A DNA stretch of 64,000 nucleotides, from positions 290,810 through 354,809 of the IMG/VR virus record IMGVR_UViG_3300021400_001148; one strand, 5' to 3'. A program made the translations under genes and the position numbers. The notes below the pieces were generated by a model. It had not been told where the DNA came from, ran no database searches, and was given only the letters and a program-made list of their open reading frames with translations. Positions 40,792 to 51,413 of the stretch are shown in pieces (the stretch's first letter is position 1; every line of letters begins with the position of its first letter). The stretch comes from a virus (lineage: Duplodnaviria > Caudoviricetes).

Positions 40792-41799
40792 ATGGAAGAG
40801 TTTAGGAAACTACAAAACATATTTACTTCGTTTCTAGGAGAGCCGAAATCAGATATGAGCAGCAACGGGCAGTGCCAGTACTGCTGCCCCTGTTGTGCAG
40901 AAGAGGCCGGTGTCGACTCCGACGGTAAATATAATCTGGAGGTAAATTTCCACATAGGCAAGTTCCACTGTTGGAAGTGTGGTTCAACCCATGCCATGAA
41001 GGGTGGCTTGTCTTTCCTTATCAGGAGGTATGGCAACCAAACAATCCTTGGCCAATACAAAGAGGCTGTAGAGGAACTTAAGTCAAGCGGCCTTTATGAT
41101 TTGCATTTATTCACTGGTGACACACAGGTTGTGAATGAGGATTTTCTCATCAAACTTCCTGAAACTTACCGAAAAATAGACTTTAGTCGCAATAAGAAAG
41201 GTAAAATGGTGGAGTATCTTCGAAAAAGGGGTATAACACAGGAAGACATTGACAAATACAATATCGGCTACACCACTTGGGAGGAAAAGAAACCTAACGA
41301 GAGAAACCGTATCATATTTCCATCTTACAACAGCAACGGTTTTTTAAATTATTGGGTTGGTAGGGATTTTACTGGTTACCCAAAACGAAACAAATACAAA
41401 AATGTGGATGATGTCAACAAAACTGGTGTTGTTTTTTTTGAGGACAAGGTGATTTGGGATGCGGACATCGTTCTCGTCGAAGGTATTTTTGATGCCCTCC
41501 ATACACCAAACGCCATACCTATGCTCGGTAAAACACTTTCAAGAGAGAGTGCTCTTTTTCAGAAACTTTACAAACTGGCAAATGCTAACATAATAGTGGC
41601 AATAGACGGCGATACGGAGATGTCCGAGGTGAAAAATATTTACAGAACACTGAATCAAGGACGATTAAAAGGAAGAATACGGTATATCAGAATGGGAAAA
41701 AAAGATTTTGGCAAGATATATGAAGAAGATGGAAAACGGGGGATTATCAATGAATTGAAAAAGCAAACCACATTTTCTGAACCGGAATTACTCACCTAA
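40792..41799 (+). CDS. DnaG-type DNA primase
   Basis: Zn finger CPCC...CWKC; TOPRIM EGIFDA, DGD. Confidence 0.85.
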   Translation: MEEFRKLQNIFTSFLGEPKSDMSSNGQCQYCCPCCAEEAGVDSDGKYNLEVNFHIGKFHCWKCGSTHAMKGGLSFLIRRYGNQTILGQYKEAVEELKSSGLYDLHLFTGDTQVVNEDFLIKLPETYRKIDFSRNKKGKMVEYLRKRGITQEDIDKYNIGYTTWEEKKPNERNRIIFPSYNSNGFLNYWVGRDFTGYPKRNKYKNVDDVNKTGVVFFEDKVIWDADIVLVEGIFDALHTPNAIPMLGKTLSRESALFQKLYKLANANIIVAIDGDTEMSEVKNIYRTLNQGRLKGRIRYIRMGKKDFGKIYEEDGKRGIINELKKQTTFSEPELLT

Positions 41800-41846
41800 T
41801 GCGCCGGAAATCAATGTAAAAAAGATTATTTTTGTATATTTGTAAT

Positions 41847-42680
41847 ATGGTAAGTAAAATTATAGCAGTAAGTGACCTTCACATCAAAAACATTAAGGGT
41901 CTTGACGAAATCAAGGGTCAGTTTGGGAAGTTTGTGAAGGAGTGTGAGAAAATCGCAAAGAAAAATGGGCCTGAGAATACCAGAATTGTTCTCTGTGGGG
42001 ATATCATACACTCAAAACTTGATGTTTCTAACGAGGCTTTGATTATGGAGTCTTGGCTTTTTGGTGAGCTGGATAAAATTTGCAAGACGATAGTTGTTTG
42101 TGGAAACCACGACCTGAATCTTTCAAATCTCCAGCGTGTAGACTCCATCACACCGATTTTTGAGGTGAGGGATTTTAAACAGACTGTTTATATTGATAAA
42201 GAGCTGGGGTACAAATCCGGCTCTCTCGTGGACGATAATATTGTCTGGTGCCTTTATTCAACCTTCGACGGTTTCAATGGCCCCAATGATATGGAAGTTT
42301 TGAGAAAAACAAATGAAGGCAAGACCTTTGTCGGACTTTTCCATGGAGACTTGAATGGAGCAAAAAACGCTTCCGGGGTGGCTCTTACTGGTCTTGAACT
42401 GTCTCACTTTGAGGGTAGTGATTTCGTTATCGCCGGTCACATTCACAAACAGCAGTCACTTTCTAAGGGCGGCGTTGAAGTTGTGTATTGCGGCTCCCTT
42501 ATTCAACAGGATTTCGGGGAGGAGGTATATCCACATGGGTATGTTCTTTGGGATGTTGAAACAAAAAAATGGTCTTTTGTTAAAATCAAAAACGAAGACA
42601 ATGGTTTTTATAAATTCAGTATCTCACAAGAAGAGGATATTGATGAGGACAAGGAGAAATTCCTTAATGCCGGAAAATGA
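41847..42680 (+). CDS. SbcD/Mre11 (gp47-like) nuclease
   Basis: SDLH, GD, GNHD, HG, GHIH. Confidence 0.9.
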   Translation: MVSKIIAVSDLHIKNIKGLDEIKGQFGKFVKECEKIAKKNGPENTRIVLCGDIIHSKLDVSNEALIMESWLFGELDKICKTIVVCGNHDLNLSNLQRVDSITPIFEVRDFKQTVYIDKELGYKSGSLVDDNIVWCLYSTFDGFNGPNDMEVLRKTNEGKTFVGLFHGDLNGAKNASGVALTGLELSHFEGSDFVIAGHIHKQQSLSKGGVEVVYCGSLIQQDFGEEVYPHGYVLWDVETKKWSFVKIKNEDNGFYKFSISQEEDIDEDKEKFLNAGK

Positions 42681-42712
42681 AAATGACCGCCGATGGCGGC
42701 CATTTTTTTTTT
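42681..42712. terminator. bidirectional terminator
   Basis: AAATGACCGCC/GGCGGCCATTT plus T-run. Confidence 0.7.
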
Positions 42713-43487
42713 ATTTATGGAGAATAAGTTTTTTCTCGTAAGTTTTGTTCCAGATGCTTGTTACATAATCAATCTCTATAACTGATTCCTGCTGATGTAT
42801 AATGGACGATGAAATAACCGGTGGCTCTTTTACATCACCATTTCTATAGAGGTTAATATATGCCAGAGCACAGACAAGTGAATCACAAGCGTCAAAATTT
42901 TCCTTCTTAATTTCGCCCTTTTTATTGAGAACCCAAGTGATATCCGGGTATAGGTCATTCACTTTGTTCATCATCACATCCTTCTTGTCAATATCAAATG
43001 GATAATCGCCGAAGAGTACAATATGATTCTTCTTAATGGCAGATTTGACATGGTCGAAGGAATATTCCTTTCCCTTCTTATCATATTTCCTGAGGGCGAC
43101 GAGTTCCGGAAATGAATATGTTCTGGCATCGTGCGACGAGATGAATGTAGGGAATATCCCAAGAGCACGGTGGACCGCATCTCCAATCATACCGTTGAAA
43201 CGAAGCAATGCGGCCACGGTATATGCGTTGTTTGATGAGATGAGGGGCTCCTCTATTACACAATCTGTAATACCGCTGGCTTTGAGTGTTTCAAGAAACT
43301 CCTTTTCAAAAATGTCTTTCTTGAGAACGAGTGATTCGAAATTGTCCAGTTTTTTGGAGACTTTTGGTGAAATATGTGTCAATAACAGAACTTTGGGGGG
43401 TTCATTTTTACCCTCATCAAGAACAATGGACACACCAACACAGACAGTGCTGATGTCAAGCCCTAGTATGAGTTTTGGATTAGCCAT
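42711..43487 (-). CDS. RuvC-like Holliday junction resolvase
   Basis: ILGLDIST..VG, VIEEP, DACDS. Confidence 0.8.
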   Translation of the reverse strand: MANPKLILGLDISTVCVGVSIVLDEGKNEPPKVLLLTHISPKVSKKLDNFESLVLKKDIFEKEFLETLKASGITDCVIEEPLISSNNAYTVAALLRFNGMIGDAVHRALGIFPTFISSHDARTYSFPELVALRKYDKKGKEYSFDHVKSAIKKNHIVLFGDYPFDIDKKDVMMNKVNDLYPDITWVLNKKGEIKKENFDACDSLVCALAYINLYRNGDVKEPPVISSSIIHQQESVIEIDYVTSIWNKTYEKKLILHK

Positions 43488-43593
43488 TTCTTTTTTTATT
43501 TAATATGGGAAAATGTGAAAATATGTAAATATTTTGCGCCAAAAATGTGATTTCTCGGCAAAGTTTTTGTATATTTGTAAAAACCATTAGAAT

Positions 43594-43938
43594 ATGGCCA
43601 GTGTAACAATAAAAGATGAATTGTATGCGGGTATCAAAGAGTATTGTGGCTTAAACAATCTCAAAATAGGAGAATATTGCAATTCATTATTAGAGAAGGC
43701 CTTTCTGGTCGACAAATATGGGGATGCACCGCCGTTTTTCAAAAAGAAAACTGAAGCAAAGAGTGAGGCGGCCAAAGAAAATTTGGGAGAATACCCAATT
43801 GTTCCGGAAGAAGCATTAAAACCAGAGGCGGTTATTAAGAACCCCGAGGATAAAAAAACAGAAGAAGAAAAACCGGCACCAAATACAAGTGCCAACAGTA
43901 AAAAACAAGAGGCAAGAAATAGAATAAAATATCTATGA
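43594..43938 (+). CDS. hypothetical protein, possible ribbon-helix-helix N-terminus
   Basis: SVTIKDELYAGIKEYC...IGEYCNSLL. Confidence 0.5.
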   Translation: MASVTIKDELYAGIKEYCGLNNLKIGEYCNSLLEKAFLVDKYGDAPPFFKKKTEAKSEAAKENLGEYPIVPEEALKPEAVIKNPEDKKTEEEKPAPNTSANSKKQEARNRIKYL

Positions 43939-46322
43939 GTGAGAATGTAAAAATAGGCGCCAACGCAAAAGTTCTTATCGACTGGCATACCCAGCCGTCC
44001 AACTATTCGCGTGAGAAGGAGGCCAACATTATAGCCAAGTTTTCAAGCAAATACGGTATACCCAAGGACAACATCAAGGTAAACCCTAAATTTGTTACTG
44101 TGGATAGTAAGGGAAGGGAAGTTTCGTTGACAAACGACATTGTCACGAATATCCAGGACCCCAAGTTCCATCAGAAGCTTTTTGTTACATTTGCTGAGGA
44201 GAACAAGATTGAGGACTTCGATTTCGATGGAATCGTTGAAATCGATGGACAAATCAACAGCCTCATCAATTACGATGTTTACGAAAAATATAAGAGATAT
44301 GAGGTGAAATGGATACGATGGTCCAACTTTCTTTCATATGGTCCTGACAACTTTGTGGATTTCACCAAACTTCACGGTCTTGTACATCTTATGGGTGAAC
44401 CGGCTAATCAAAGTGGCAAAAGTACATTTGCTTACGACCTCTTGCATTTCCTTCTTTTCGGTAAGCCGTCGACAGAAAAAGCTGATGTACTACCCAAGAT
44501 TTTCAACATATACAATCCCGAAGCCACAGAAGTGTCTGTCGAAGGGTGCCTTTGCATTGACGGACAGGATTATGTGATAAAGCGTGTCCTTACCCGCCCG
44601 GCTTTGAACCGCCGCAGTGAAAAAAGCAAGGTTACCCAGAAAATATCCTATTATAAAATGGTGGGTGATACTATGAACGAACTCGAGGATGTTGATAACC
44701 TTGAGGGCGCCTCCGGTACTGAAACCAATAAGATTATCAAAGAGGCAATCGGAAATGAGAAGGATTTCGACTTGGTAATCTCAGCAAACGCAGACAACCT
44801 TAAGTCGCTCATCTCTCTTAAGGATACCGACCGCGGTCGCCTACTCTCAAGATGGATTGGTCTCCTTCCTTTGGAAGAGAAGGATAAGATAGCGCGGGAA
44901 AAATGGAACCATGAGATTCAGCCCGGACTTCTCTCCAACCGATATAACCGTGAGGATTTGAAACAGGAGAATGAAACCCTCCGTGGGACGATTGAAGAGA
45001 ACAACAAACTCATTGAAAGCAATGAGAAACTTGCAAATGAAATAGCCAAGAATATTGAATCTCTAACATCGGCCAAGGAAGCACTTATTGCATCCAAGCA
45101 GCAAATTGATGCCGACCTTCTCAACATTGATGTTCAGACAGTTGAAACAAAGATTAAAAACATCGTGGAGGAAGGTAAAATCAAGCGGGCCTCACTGGAT
45201 TCAAGGGAATCAGAATTAAAATCTATTGGAGAGGTCACATTCTCCGAGGAGGAGTATAAAAAACTCTCCAAGGACGATAAGGATGCTGAGGCAACACTTG
45301 CCGAGTACCGTACCGAAATCAGAAATCTGACCAACACCAACAAGACCCTGACAAGTAGTGAATTTTGTCCTACCTGCGGGCGAAAATTTGAAAATGTGGA
45401 CAATTCTGGAAAGATAAAAGAAAATGAGAAAAAGATTGCCGACATTAAGTCGCTTGGGATTGCTCTTTCAAAAACCCAGAAGGAAACCCAAGAAAAAATC
45501 GCCGCCCTTGAAGATGTAAGGAAGAAATACAATCGGAGAAATGTCCTCATAGTCGAGGTTCAAGCCCTCAAGGTGACAATTGAGAACCTTCTTCATCAGC
45601 ATCGTGAACAGATGGAAATTAAGCGGAAATTTGAGAGCAATAGGGACGCTATTTCCAAAAACAACGACATAGACTTATCCATTCGCAACACCGCGGAGAG
45701 GATACGGGTGGAAGATGCTCGGAGACTGGCCATTATTCGTGAAACCGAGGACAAGAAGAGAGAAAACATTTCTTGTGATGAACGAATTAAAACAAACGAG
45801 GGGATTATTTCGCAAATTGCAGAGGAAGAAAAGAAAATCCGTAACTGGAAGATTTATCTCCAAATGGTAGGTAAGGACGGTATTGGCAAGATGGTTCTTC
45901 GTCAGGCCCTCCCTGTCATCAATGTCGAACTCGCAAGGCTTCTCGAAGGCGTGTGCGATTTCAATGTTGAAGTAACCATTGATGACCACAACGATGTTGC
46001 TTTTAATCTTGTTCGTGACGGTGTTGTTTCTTCCCTTTCTTCCGGGTCAGGGTTTGAGCAGACAGCCGCCGGCATTGCCCTCAGGGCGGTGCTTGGTAAA
46101 ATTTCAACCATGCCGAAACCATCATTCATCGTCCTTGATGAGGTTCTTGGTGGTGTAGCAGAAGAAAACTATGACAACATCAAGATGTTGTACGATAGAA
46201 TTTTGCCGGATTACAGTTTTATTTTCCACATAAGTCACTTGGCAGCCGTCAGGGACTGGGCAAAACAAACAGTTGTAGTCAAAAAAGAAAATAATTTATC
46301 AAGAGTTGTTGAAGCGTGTTAG
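43935..46322 (+). CDS. SbcC/Rad50 (gp46-like) ATPase
   Basis: NFLSYG, NQSGKST, Zn hook CPTC, SGFE signature, LDE, ISH. Confidence 0.9.
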   Translation: MSENVKIGANAKVLIDWHTQPSNYSREKEANIIAKFSSKYGIPKDNIKVNPKFVTVDSKGREVSLTNDIVTNIQDPKFHQKLFVTFAEENKIEDFDFDGIVEIDGQINSLINYDVYEKYKRYEVKWIRWSNFLSYGPDNFVDFTKLHGLVHLMGEPANQSGKSTFAYDLLHFLLFGKPSTEKADVLPKIFNIYNPEATEVSVEGCLCIDGQDYVIKRVLTRPALNRRSEKSKVTQKISYYKMVGDTMNELEDVDNLEGASGTETNKIIKEAIGNEKDFDLVISANADNLKSLISLKDTDRGRLLSRWIGLLPLEEKDKIAREKWNHEIQPGLLSNRYNREDLKQENETLRGTIEENNKLIESNEKLANEIAKNIESLTSAKEALIASKQQIDADLLNIDVQTVETKIKNIVEEGKIKRASLDSRESELKSIGEVTFSEEEYKKLSKDDKDAEATLAEYRTEIRNLTNTNKTLTSSEFCPTCGRKFENVDNSGKIKENEKKIADIKSLGIALSKTQKETQEKIAALEDVRKKYNRRNVLIVEVQALKVTIENLLHQHREQMEIKRKFESNRDAISKNNDIDLSIRNTAERIRVEDARRLAIIRETEDKKRENISCDERIKTNEGIISQIAEEEKKIRNWKIYLQMVGKDGIGKMVLRQALPVINVELARLLEGVCDFNVEVTIDDHNDVAFNLVRDGVVSSLSSGSGFEQTAAGIALRAVLGKISTMPKPSFIVLDEVLGGVAEENYDNIKMLYDRILPDYSFIFHISHLAAVRDWAKQTVVVKKENNLSRVVEAC

Positions 46323-46410
46323 TTCGCTTCACCAGTGATAGGAACTAGGGAGGGTGTGAAATTGCATTCCTCCCTAAAGCCGTTAATAAAGAGAAAATGT
46401 TTAACTTAAA

Positions 46411-47157
46411 ATGTCTTTTAAAGTAAGTGATTATGAACAAAGTACTGGTGTATACTTAAAAGAAATCGGGAACTTCAAGCCCCTAACGAAGATTGAGGAA
46501 ATGGACTTGTGGAAAAAGTTGAGAAAAAACCCACAAGATAAATCTGCGAAGAACAAACTTATCAATTCCAATCTTAAGTTTGTTGTTAATGTTGCAAACC
46601 ACTATAAGGGCCGTGGCCTTTCACTTTCGGATTTGGTTGCCGAGGGAAATATGGGTCTTCTTAAAGCATATGAACGGTTCGACCCATCGAGAGATGTCAA
46701 GTTTATCTCATATTCAGTCCATTGGATTAGGCAATCTATACAGGAAGCACTTGAAAAAAGGAATAGCATTGATAGCGAAGAACTCCCGAAAGATTACGAG
46801 AAACAAGATAATGGTGTTGACGAGGACTTCATAGAAGCCGAAAACACTCCCGACCTCATTACTAAATTTATCGATTTTACCGGCGATAGTGAATCTGAAC
46901 GCGCCGCCAATCAAAACGAGGCCATTCAGATACTGTTCAGGGATTTAAATGAGAGGGAACTATTTATTATTAAGTCTTACTACGGTGTTGGGGTCGATAA
47001 ACCACACACACTTGAGGAGATTGGGAAGGAAATGAAACTCACCAAAGAGAGGGTGAGACAGATTAAAGAGACTGGTATGAAGAAACTTCGCTCTGCAGCG
47101 GTTTCCAATACAAGGGTGATAGATATATATAATGAATACGTTAGAATAAGTGAATAA
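46411..47157 (+). CDS. sigma-70 family RNA polymerase sigma factor
   Basis: NLKFVV, EGNMGLLKA.ERFD, FISYSVHWIRQ, TLEEIG...LTKERVRQI. Confidence 0.9.
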   Translation: MSFKVSDYEQSTGVYLKEIGNFKPLTKIEEMDLWKKLRKNPQDKSAKNKLINSNLKFVVNVANHYKGRGLSLSDLVAEGNMGLLKAYERFDPSRDVKFISYSVHWIRQSIQEALEKRNSIDSEELPKDYEKQDNGVDEDFIEAENTPDLITKFIDFTGDSESERAANQNEAIQILFRDLNERELFIIKSYYGVGVDKPHTLEEIGKEMKLTKERVRQIKETGMKKLRSAAVSNTRVIDIYNEYVRISE

Positions 47158-47167
47158 AAAATTTATT

Positions 47168-47698
47168 ATGGCTATTGCAAAGACAACAAGTAAAGGCTCA
47201 GCCCCTAAAAAGGCTACAGGAACAAAATCAGCCCCTAAGGCAGTAAAGACATTTACGGAACCCGTAAAGAAGGAAGAAATTATTGAAGAGGAGGGGGCTG
47301 CCGAAGTCATTGAAACAAGTGAAGAAACATTGATTGGAGGCAAGGAAATTGGAGGAAATGATGTTGAAACCGTCTCCGAAGAAGGCCAAGATTCTATTGA
47401 AGGTGAACCAAATGACGAAGAATCTGAAGAGTCCGCCGGGCAAGAAGTAGGTAGTGTTGCTGAAGATGAAACGGAAACAGATAAACACAGTGATGAATCT
47501 GACGAGGAAAAGAATGATGATAAGGATGACAAGGACGGTGATGAGGTGGTAGGCGATATTAAGGATATCGTGGCATCAATAGAAACCCCCGAGGAACCCA
47601 AGGCAGAAGTTCCTGTCGCAAAAAAGAAACCAGTGAGAAGAAACTATTACAATGATAGGTTTGGAAACGCTTGGAATGGTATGATAAACACTTATTAA
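47168..47698 (+). CDS. acidic low-complexity protein
   Basis: Basic N-terminus, D/E-rich core. Confidence 0.6.
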   Translation: MAIAKTTSKGSAPKKATGTKSAPKAVKTFTEPVKKEEIIEEEGAAEVIETSEETLIGGKEIGGNDVETVSEEGQDSIEGEPNDEESEESAGQEVGSVAEDETETDKHSDESDEEKNDDKDDKDGDEVVGDIKDIVASIETPEEPKAEVPVAKKKPVRRNYYNDRFGNAWNGMINTY

Positions 47699-47699
47699 T

Positions 47700-48152
47700 A
47701 TGATATACAGAGGAGACGAAACAAGGGAAATGTTGAAAACCATCAGGCTGCTTCGGGAAGAAATATCTTCCAATAAAAACGGCGGTGCAATTGCTATCAC
47801 TGACGACCCGAAATTTGGGCAGCAGGTACTCACAAACCAAGAGGCTGCATTTAAATCGAGCGTCGACGGTGGCGCCGAATTCAGCCAGTCCAGCAGTATT
47901 AACCCAGAGGATAGCCCGCTCATCTATTTTCCGGAAAACGGAAACTTGACTTTCAGTGGGAAAATCCGTAACATCAAATGGCAGTTTTCTTTGAAAGATG
48001 AGTCAGGAAACGGGTGCTACATTTGGACGGATGGGCTTCAGTTGACAGACGACAACATGGCTGTCTTGAATAAATTGCACGGGTATTATCTTAATTGGAA
48101 AGATTCGTGGCAGCGAGAGGGTAAACTCCTCGATATGATGGGAAAGAATTAA
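47700..48152 (+). CDS. hypothetical protein
   Basis: ORF in operon. Confidence 0.6.
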   Translation: MIYRGDETREMLKTIRLLREEISSNKNGGAIAITDDPKFGQQVLTNQEAAFKSSVDGGAEFSQSSSINPEDSPLIYFPENGNLTFSGKIRNIKWQFSLKDESGNGCYIWTDGLQLTDDNMAVLNKLHGYYLNWKDSWQREGKLLDMMGKN

Positions 48153-48209
48153 GGTTTGCGAAAGCAGACCTTTTCTTTTTGATAGATATTTATGAGAAAG
48201 TACTTTTCC

Positions 48210-48410
48210 ATGAGAAAATTTGTGGTCACCGAGTCAATTTTAAAACGCTGCATTTCAGAGGAGTTGAAGAAGAGCGATGTTGTTGATGTGGTCAAAAAAG
48301 ACAAGGATATTGAGAAATATATTAAGAAAGTAACTGCTGATGTGCTGTCAAACCTGTTTCAAACTCTTTGGCAACAGAAAGGATATGTTATGTCAAACAT
48401 TGTGAAATAA
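48210..48410 (+). CDS. small protein with VTES helix motif
   Basis: KFVVTESILKRCISEE; TATTTAT upstream. Confidence 0.55.
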   Translation: MRKFVVTESILKRCISEELKKSDVVDVVKKDKDIEKYIKKVTADVLSNLFQTLWQQKGYVMSNIVK

Positions 48411-49210
48411 TGGCAGAAGAAGTTACATATTACGAGTTTCTAACTCATACCAAGGACTATTTGAAGCAGTTGATATCCAAACCGTCAACCGCTAGGGTGG
48501 ACGCGTTTCTGGAAAAACACCTCAGTGAAATTGGGGAAACCCAGCAGAGTTTTCTCAAACTATTGATTGAACGGGGAATTGTCGAAAAAAGTGTAAAAAT
48601 TAATGACAATTTGGAGACACCGGGGGCTGAACCCACTTTTAGTATAAAATACAGGATACCGAGAAAAAAGTTTGAGTGGAAAATGAAAAAACTTCATGTT
48701 GAACTCTTTGAATTACCTACTTCGGGGGTGTTGAATGAATCTGAAGGAGTGGATGAAGCAACAGGCGCAGCATCATCTGGTCAATTTTCACAACCTCTTT
48801 TTGGTGGGGTTGTAAGGCGTAAAATATACATCACACCTGAACAGGCAAAAGTTCTCGGCGAAGCAACCACAACACAGACTGCAGGCGACTACCAATACAC
48901 AGTTCCGTTTCCAGCAAAAAAAGATGACCCAGCAATGGTTCATAACAAACCCGGCGGAATATCTTGCGAGAGATTGGATGAAAAGAAAGACTTTAAGAAA
49001 CAACATGGAATAGAGGAGGTTTCCTGTGGTCTTGGCTGGTCTGAGAAAGAACAAAAATGGTATGGTTGGTCTCACAGGGCGATTCATGGTTTCGGTGTTG
49101 GTGATAAAGCAATGGAATGCTATCCAAGTGGAAATAAAGAAGGCAAAAAATGCAAAACGCTTGAGGATTGTAAACAGGCGGCTATTGCCTTTGCTAACTC
49201 GGTTTCATAA
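48410..49210 (+). CDS. putative head-associated protein
   Basis: LNE/VDE/LGE sites; repeated EAT...SGQ/AGD segments. Confidence 0.55.
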   Translation: MAEEVTYYEFLTHTKDYLKQLISKPSTARVDAFLEKHLSEIGETQQSFLKLLIERGIVEKSVKINDNLETPGAEPTFSIKYRIPRKKFEWKMKKLHVELFELPTSGVLNESEGVDEATGAASSGQFSQPLFGGVVRRKIYITPEQAKVLGEATTTQTAGDYQYTVPFPAKKDDPAMVHNKPGGISCERLDEKKDFKKQHGIEEVSCGLGWSEKEQKWYGWSHRAIHGFGVGDKAMECYPSGNKEGKKCKTLEDCKQAAIAFANSVS

Positions 49211-49211
49211 G

Positions 49212-49409
49212 ATGATAATGCCCGGTCTAGGCTATGGAGTTCTAGGAAACTTCAACCCTGATGTAGAAAAAGTCTGTAAACAGATTAAGGAAGAAATAGA
49301 TAAAGAAAAAAAGCAGCCCAATCCCGATAAGTCCCGCATAAGCAAACTTGCACAGGAATTGATGGTTAGGGGCCTTGCTTTAAATACCGGATATATGCGG
49401 CATTTTTAG
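49212..49409 (+). CDS. small hypothetical protein
   Basis: ATG immediately after the upstream stop. Confidence 0.45.
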   Translation: MIMPGLGYGVLGNFNPDVEKVCKQIKEEIDKEKKQPNPDKSRISKLAQELMVRGLALNTGYMRHF

Positions 49410-49445
49410 AGTAATTTAATATTTATAGGTAAAATACATAACATA

Positions 49446-50261
49446 ATGGCACAGATAACTTACAAAGTAGGGGATTTAAGGCGTGTCGTTGCGGAAAGCA
49501 CAAAGAACGAGTTCAAGGCTGTTCTCGGAAAGAATGTGGAAACAGATGACAAGAAGAATGCCCAAGAGACCTACAAAGAGGCAGAAAAAAAAGCCAAAGA
49601 TTATGACGGTGGTTTAAAAGCTCCCGCCAAAAAAGAACTTATGCCGAGAATGTCCGGTAATAAGACAACTTTAGGATACGACTATGATGCAGAGCCGAGC
49701 GGCCAATTCAAAGACAGGGTTAAGGCTCAGGCACAGGGTTATACTTCCACTCTAGAAAAAGACAATGGTATAGAAAAGGCCGCCGACTTCAACAGCGACT
49801 TCTATGATAACGAAAAGAAAACTATCGAAACTGACGCTAAGCACCGCGAAGATATAAGGACATCGGGCCTTGTTTCAAAAGAACTCAAGGCAAAAGACCC
49901 AGAGTACGGCAAGGTGCATACCGCTGTTTCTGAAAGCAGGAAACCTCTTAAAAGACTTACTTTTAAACATACCCGTTTTCTTAACGAATCTCAGATATTT
50001 GATAAGATTCCTGAGGAATTCAAGACCGATGGAAACAAAGTTATTGTTAGGGATGCCAATTCTAATGAATTCCTTGTGGAATGGTGTGAGAACACCGGCC
50101 GTGTTGTAAAACAGAGAAACCTTAAAGAGGCTGATTCCCAGATGGAAAGAATGAATGAACTCTTCGGATACAACTCTGGAAGTTACATGAAGAAAAATAT
50201 GGTAAACGAAGACAGTACAATAGCAGACATGCTTAATACGGTTCGTGGAATAATTAAATAA
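49446..50261 (+). CDS. putative head-associated protein
   Basis: LRRVVAES, FLNES, MERMNELFGY; TATTTATA upstream. Confidence 0.55.
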   Translation: MAQITYKVGDLRRVVAESTKNEFKAVLGKNVETDDKKNAQETYKEAEKKAKDYDGGLKAPAKKELMPRMSGNKTTLGYDYDAEPSGQFKDRVKAQAQGYTSTLEKDNGIEKAADFNSDFYDNEKKTIETDAKHREDIRTSGLVSKELKAKDPEYGKVHTAVSESRKPLKRLTFKHTRFLNESQIFDKIPEEFKTDGNKVIVRDANSNEFLVEWCENTGRVVKQRNLKEADSQMERMNELFGYNSGSYMKKNMVNEDSTIADMLNTVRGIIK

Positions 50262-50273
50262 TCTTCTTGGGAT

Positions 50274-51038
50274 ATGGCAAAGTTTGATGAACAAAAAGAA
50301 ACCACCCTTGAGGCGGTTGAGGTTGCTAAAGGCCAGGTTGAGGTTACTGAAAAGAAAACCGATACAGCGATGAATGTTTTGGACAGGTTTCTGTCTATGA
50401 TTTCCGCACACGGTGTAAAGAGGATTTTTGAAGCAATGCTTCTTGCTGTTTTGATTGTTTTCCTCTCTATTTTCATGTTCAATCCCCACGCGGTGTTCAA
50501 GGCTTATGATGACTACAAAGTGAGGGAACACACCGCAGCTATGCAGGAAAGGGTTGATAATACACCACTTATTCAGGAAGAACTCGATGAGTTCAGAACT
50601 TCCATAGGCGCCAGCAGAGCATTTGTCTTTGAACTTCATAATTCCACTAACTCTTTGGATGGTATGCCGTTCCTGTTCGCATCTATGACCTATGAGTCAG
50701 TAAGCCCGACACTTAATACTGCAGCCTTTGAATTTGACAATGTCCGTCTTTCCCTTTATAAATTAGCCACATATCTCAGGCAGAATGAGGTCTGGTATGG
50801 AGATGTTGATGAGATGGAGGAAATTGACAGAATAGTGTATCACCAACTAGGCATTTTCAATCTCGGCTATGCTGGTTTCAAAATGCTGAAAGTCGAGGGA
50901 TACCCCAATGCAATTCTTTGTTTTGCTTTCAATGAGGGAAGTGAGCCGGCTAATGAAGATGTTCTTCTTGCTAAATGGACTTTGGCTTCTCACAAAATAA
51001 ATGGCCTCCTTACATTATCAAAAGAAAAAAAGAAATAA
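50274..51038 (+). CDS. holin-like protein (single TM plus GAF-like domain)
   Basis: One TM helix followed by ASRAFVFELHN...F.SMTYE; same architecture as T4 gpt holin. Confidence 0.5.
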   Translation: MAKFDEQKETTLEAVEVAKGQVEVTEKKTDTAMNVLDRFLSMISAHGVKRIFEAMLLAVLIVFLSIFMFNPHAVFKAYDDYKVREHTAAMQERVDNTPLIQEELDEFRTSIGASRAFVFELHNSTNSLDGMPFLFASMTYESVSPTLNTAAFEFDNVRLSLYKLATYLRQNEVWYGDVDEMEEIDRIVYHQLGIFNLGYAGFKMLKVEGYPNAILCFAFNEGSEPANEDVLLAKWTLASHKINGLLTLSKEKKK

Positions 51039-51042
51039 TATC

Positions 51043-51354
51043 ATGAAACTGACTGAAAACCAGATAAAAGCCATTATCAAGGAGGCTGTAATTAAAGAAC
51101 TTTCCAATCCTTTTGATGTAGACCAAAGATACACTCATTTTGCTGTGAACAAATCTACCGGAAAAATTGTCAATGGTTGGGATTACACCGGGTATGACCA
51201 AAGTGAACTCAATGCTGATAAAAACTATTATTTCTTCGACGATTTAAGAGATTACGAACTTGACCCAAAACAGTATTTGATTTACAAGAAAGAAACTTTG
51301 CTACGCAAGGGTATTGACCCATTTGATATGCAAGGCTCGTGGGCGAATTCCTAA
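51043..51354 (+). CDS. small protein with LTE helix motif
   Basis: MKLTENQIKAIIKEAVIKEL. Confidence 0.6.
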   Translation: MKLTENQIKAIIKEAVIKELSNPFDVDQRYTHFAVNKSTGKIVNGWDYTGYDQSELNADKNYYFFDDLRDYELDPKQYLIYKKETLLRKGIDPFDMQGSWANS

Positions 51355-51413
51355 GTTGAGAGACTCCGATTTCCTCGGAGTTTTTTTTGTATATTTGTAA
51401 AAAAGAGAAAACC

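Noticed and set aside
46960-47601. 213-aa Ser-rich minus-strand ORF and similar long antisense ORFs (e.g. 49875-50639, 58541-59239)
   Set aside because: Shadows of codon bias in the real plus-strand genes.
30154-49446. TAG recoding or readthrough: three TAG-ended genes (30156, 40776, 49409) run in frame into the next gene
   Set aside because: Long conserved genes have no internal TAG, each spacer contains a promoter motif, other TAGs are followed by stops, no suppressor tRNA is seen, and the count is compatible with chance.
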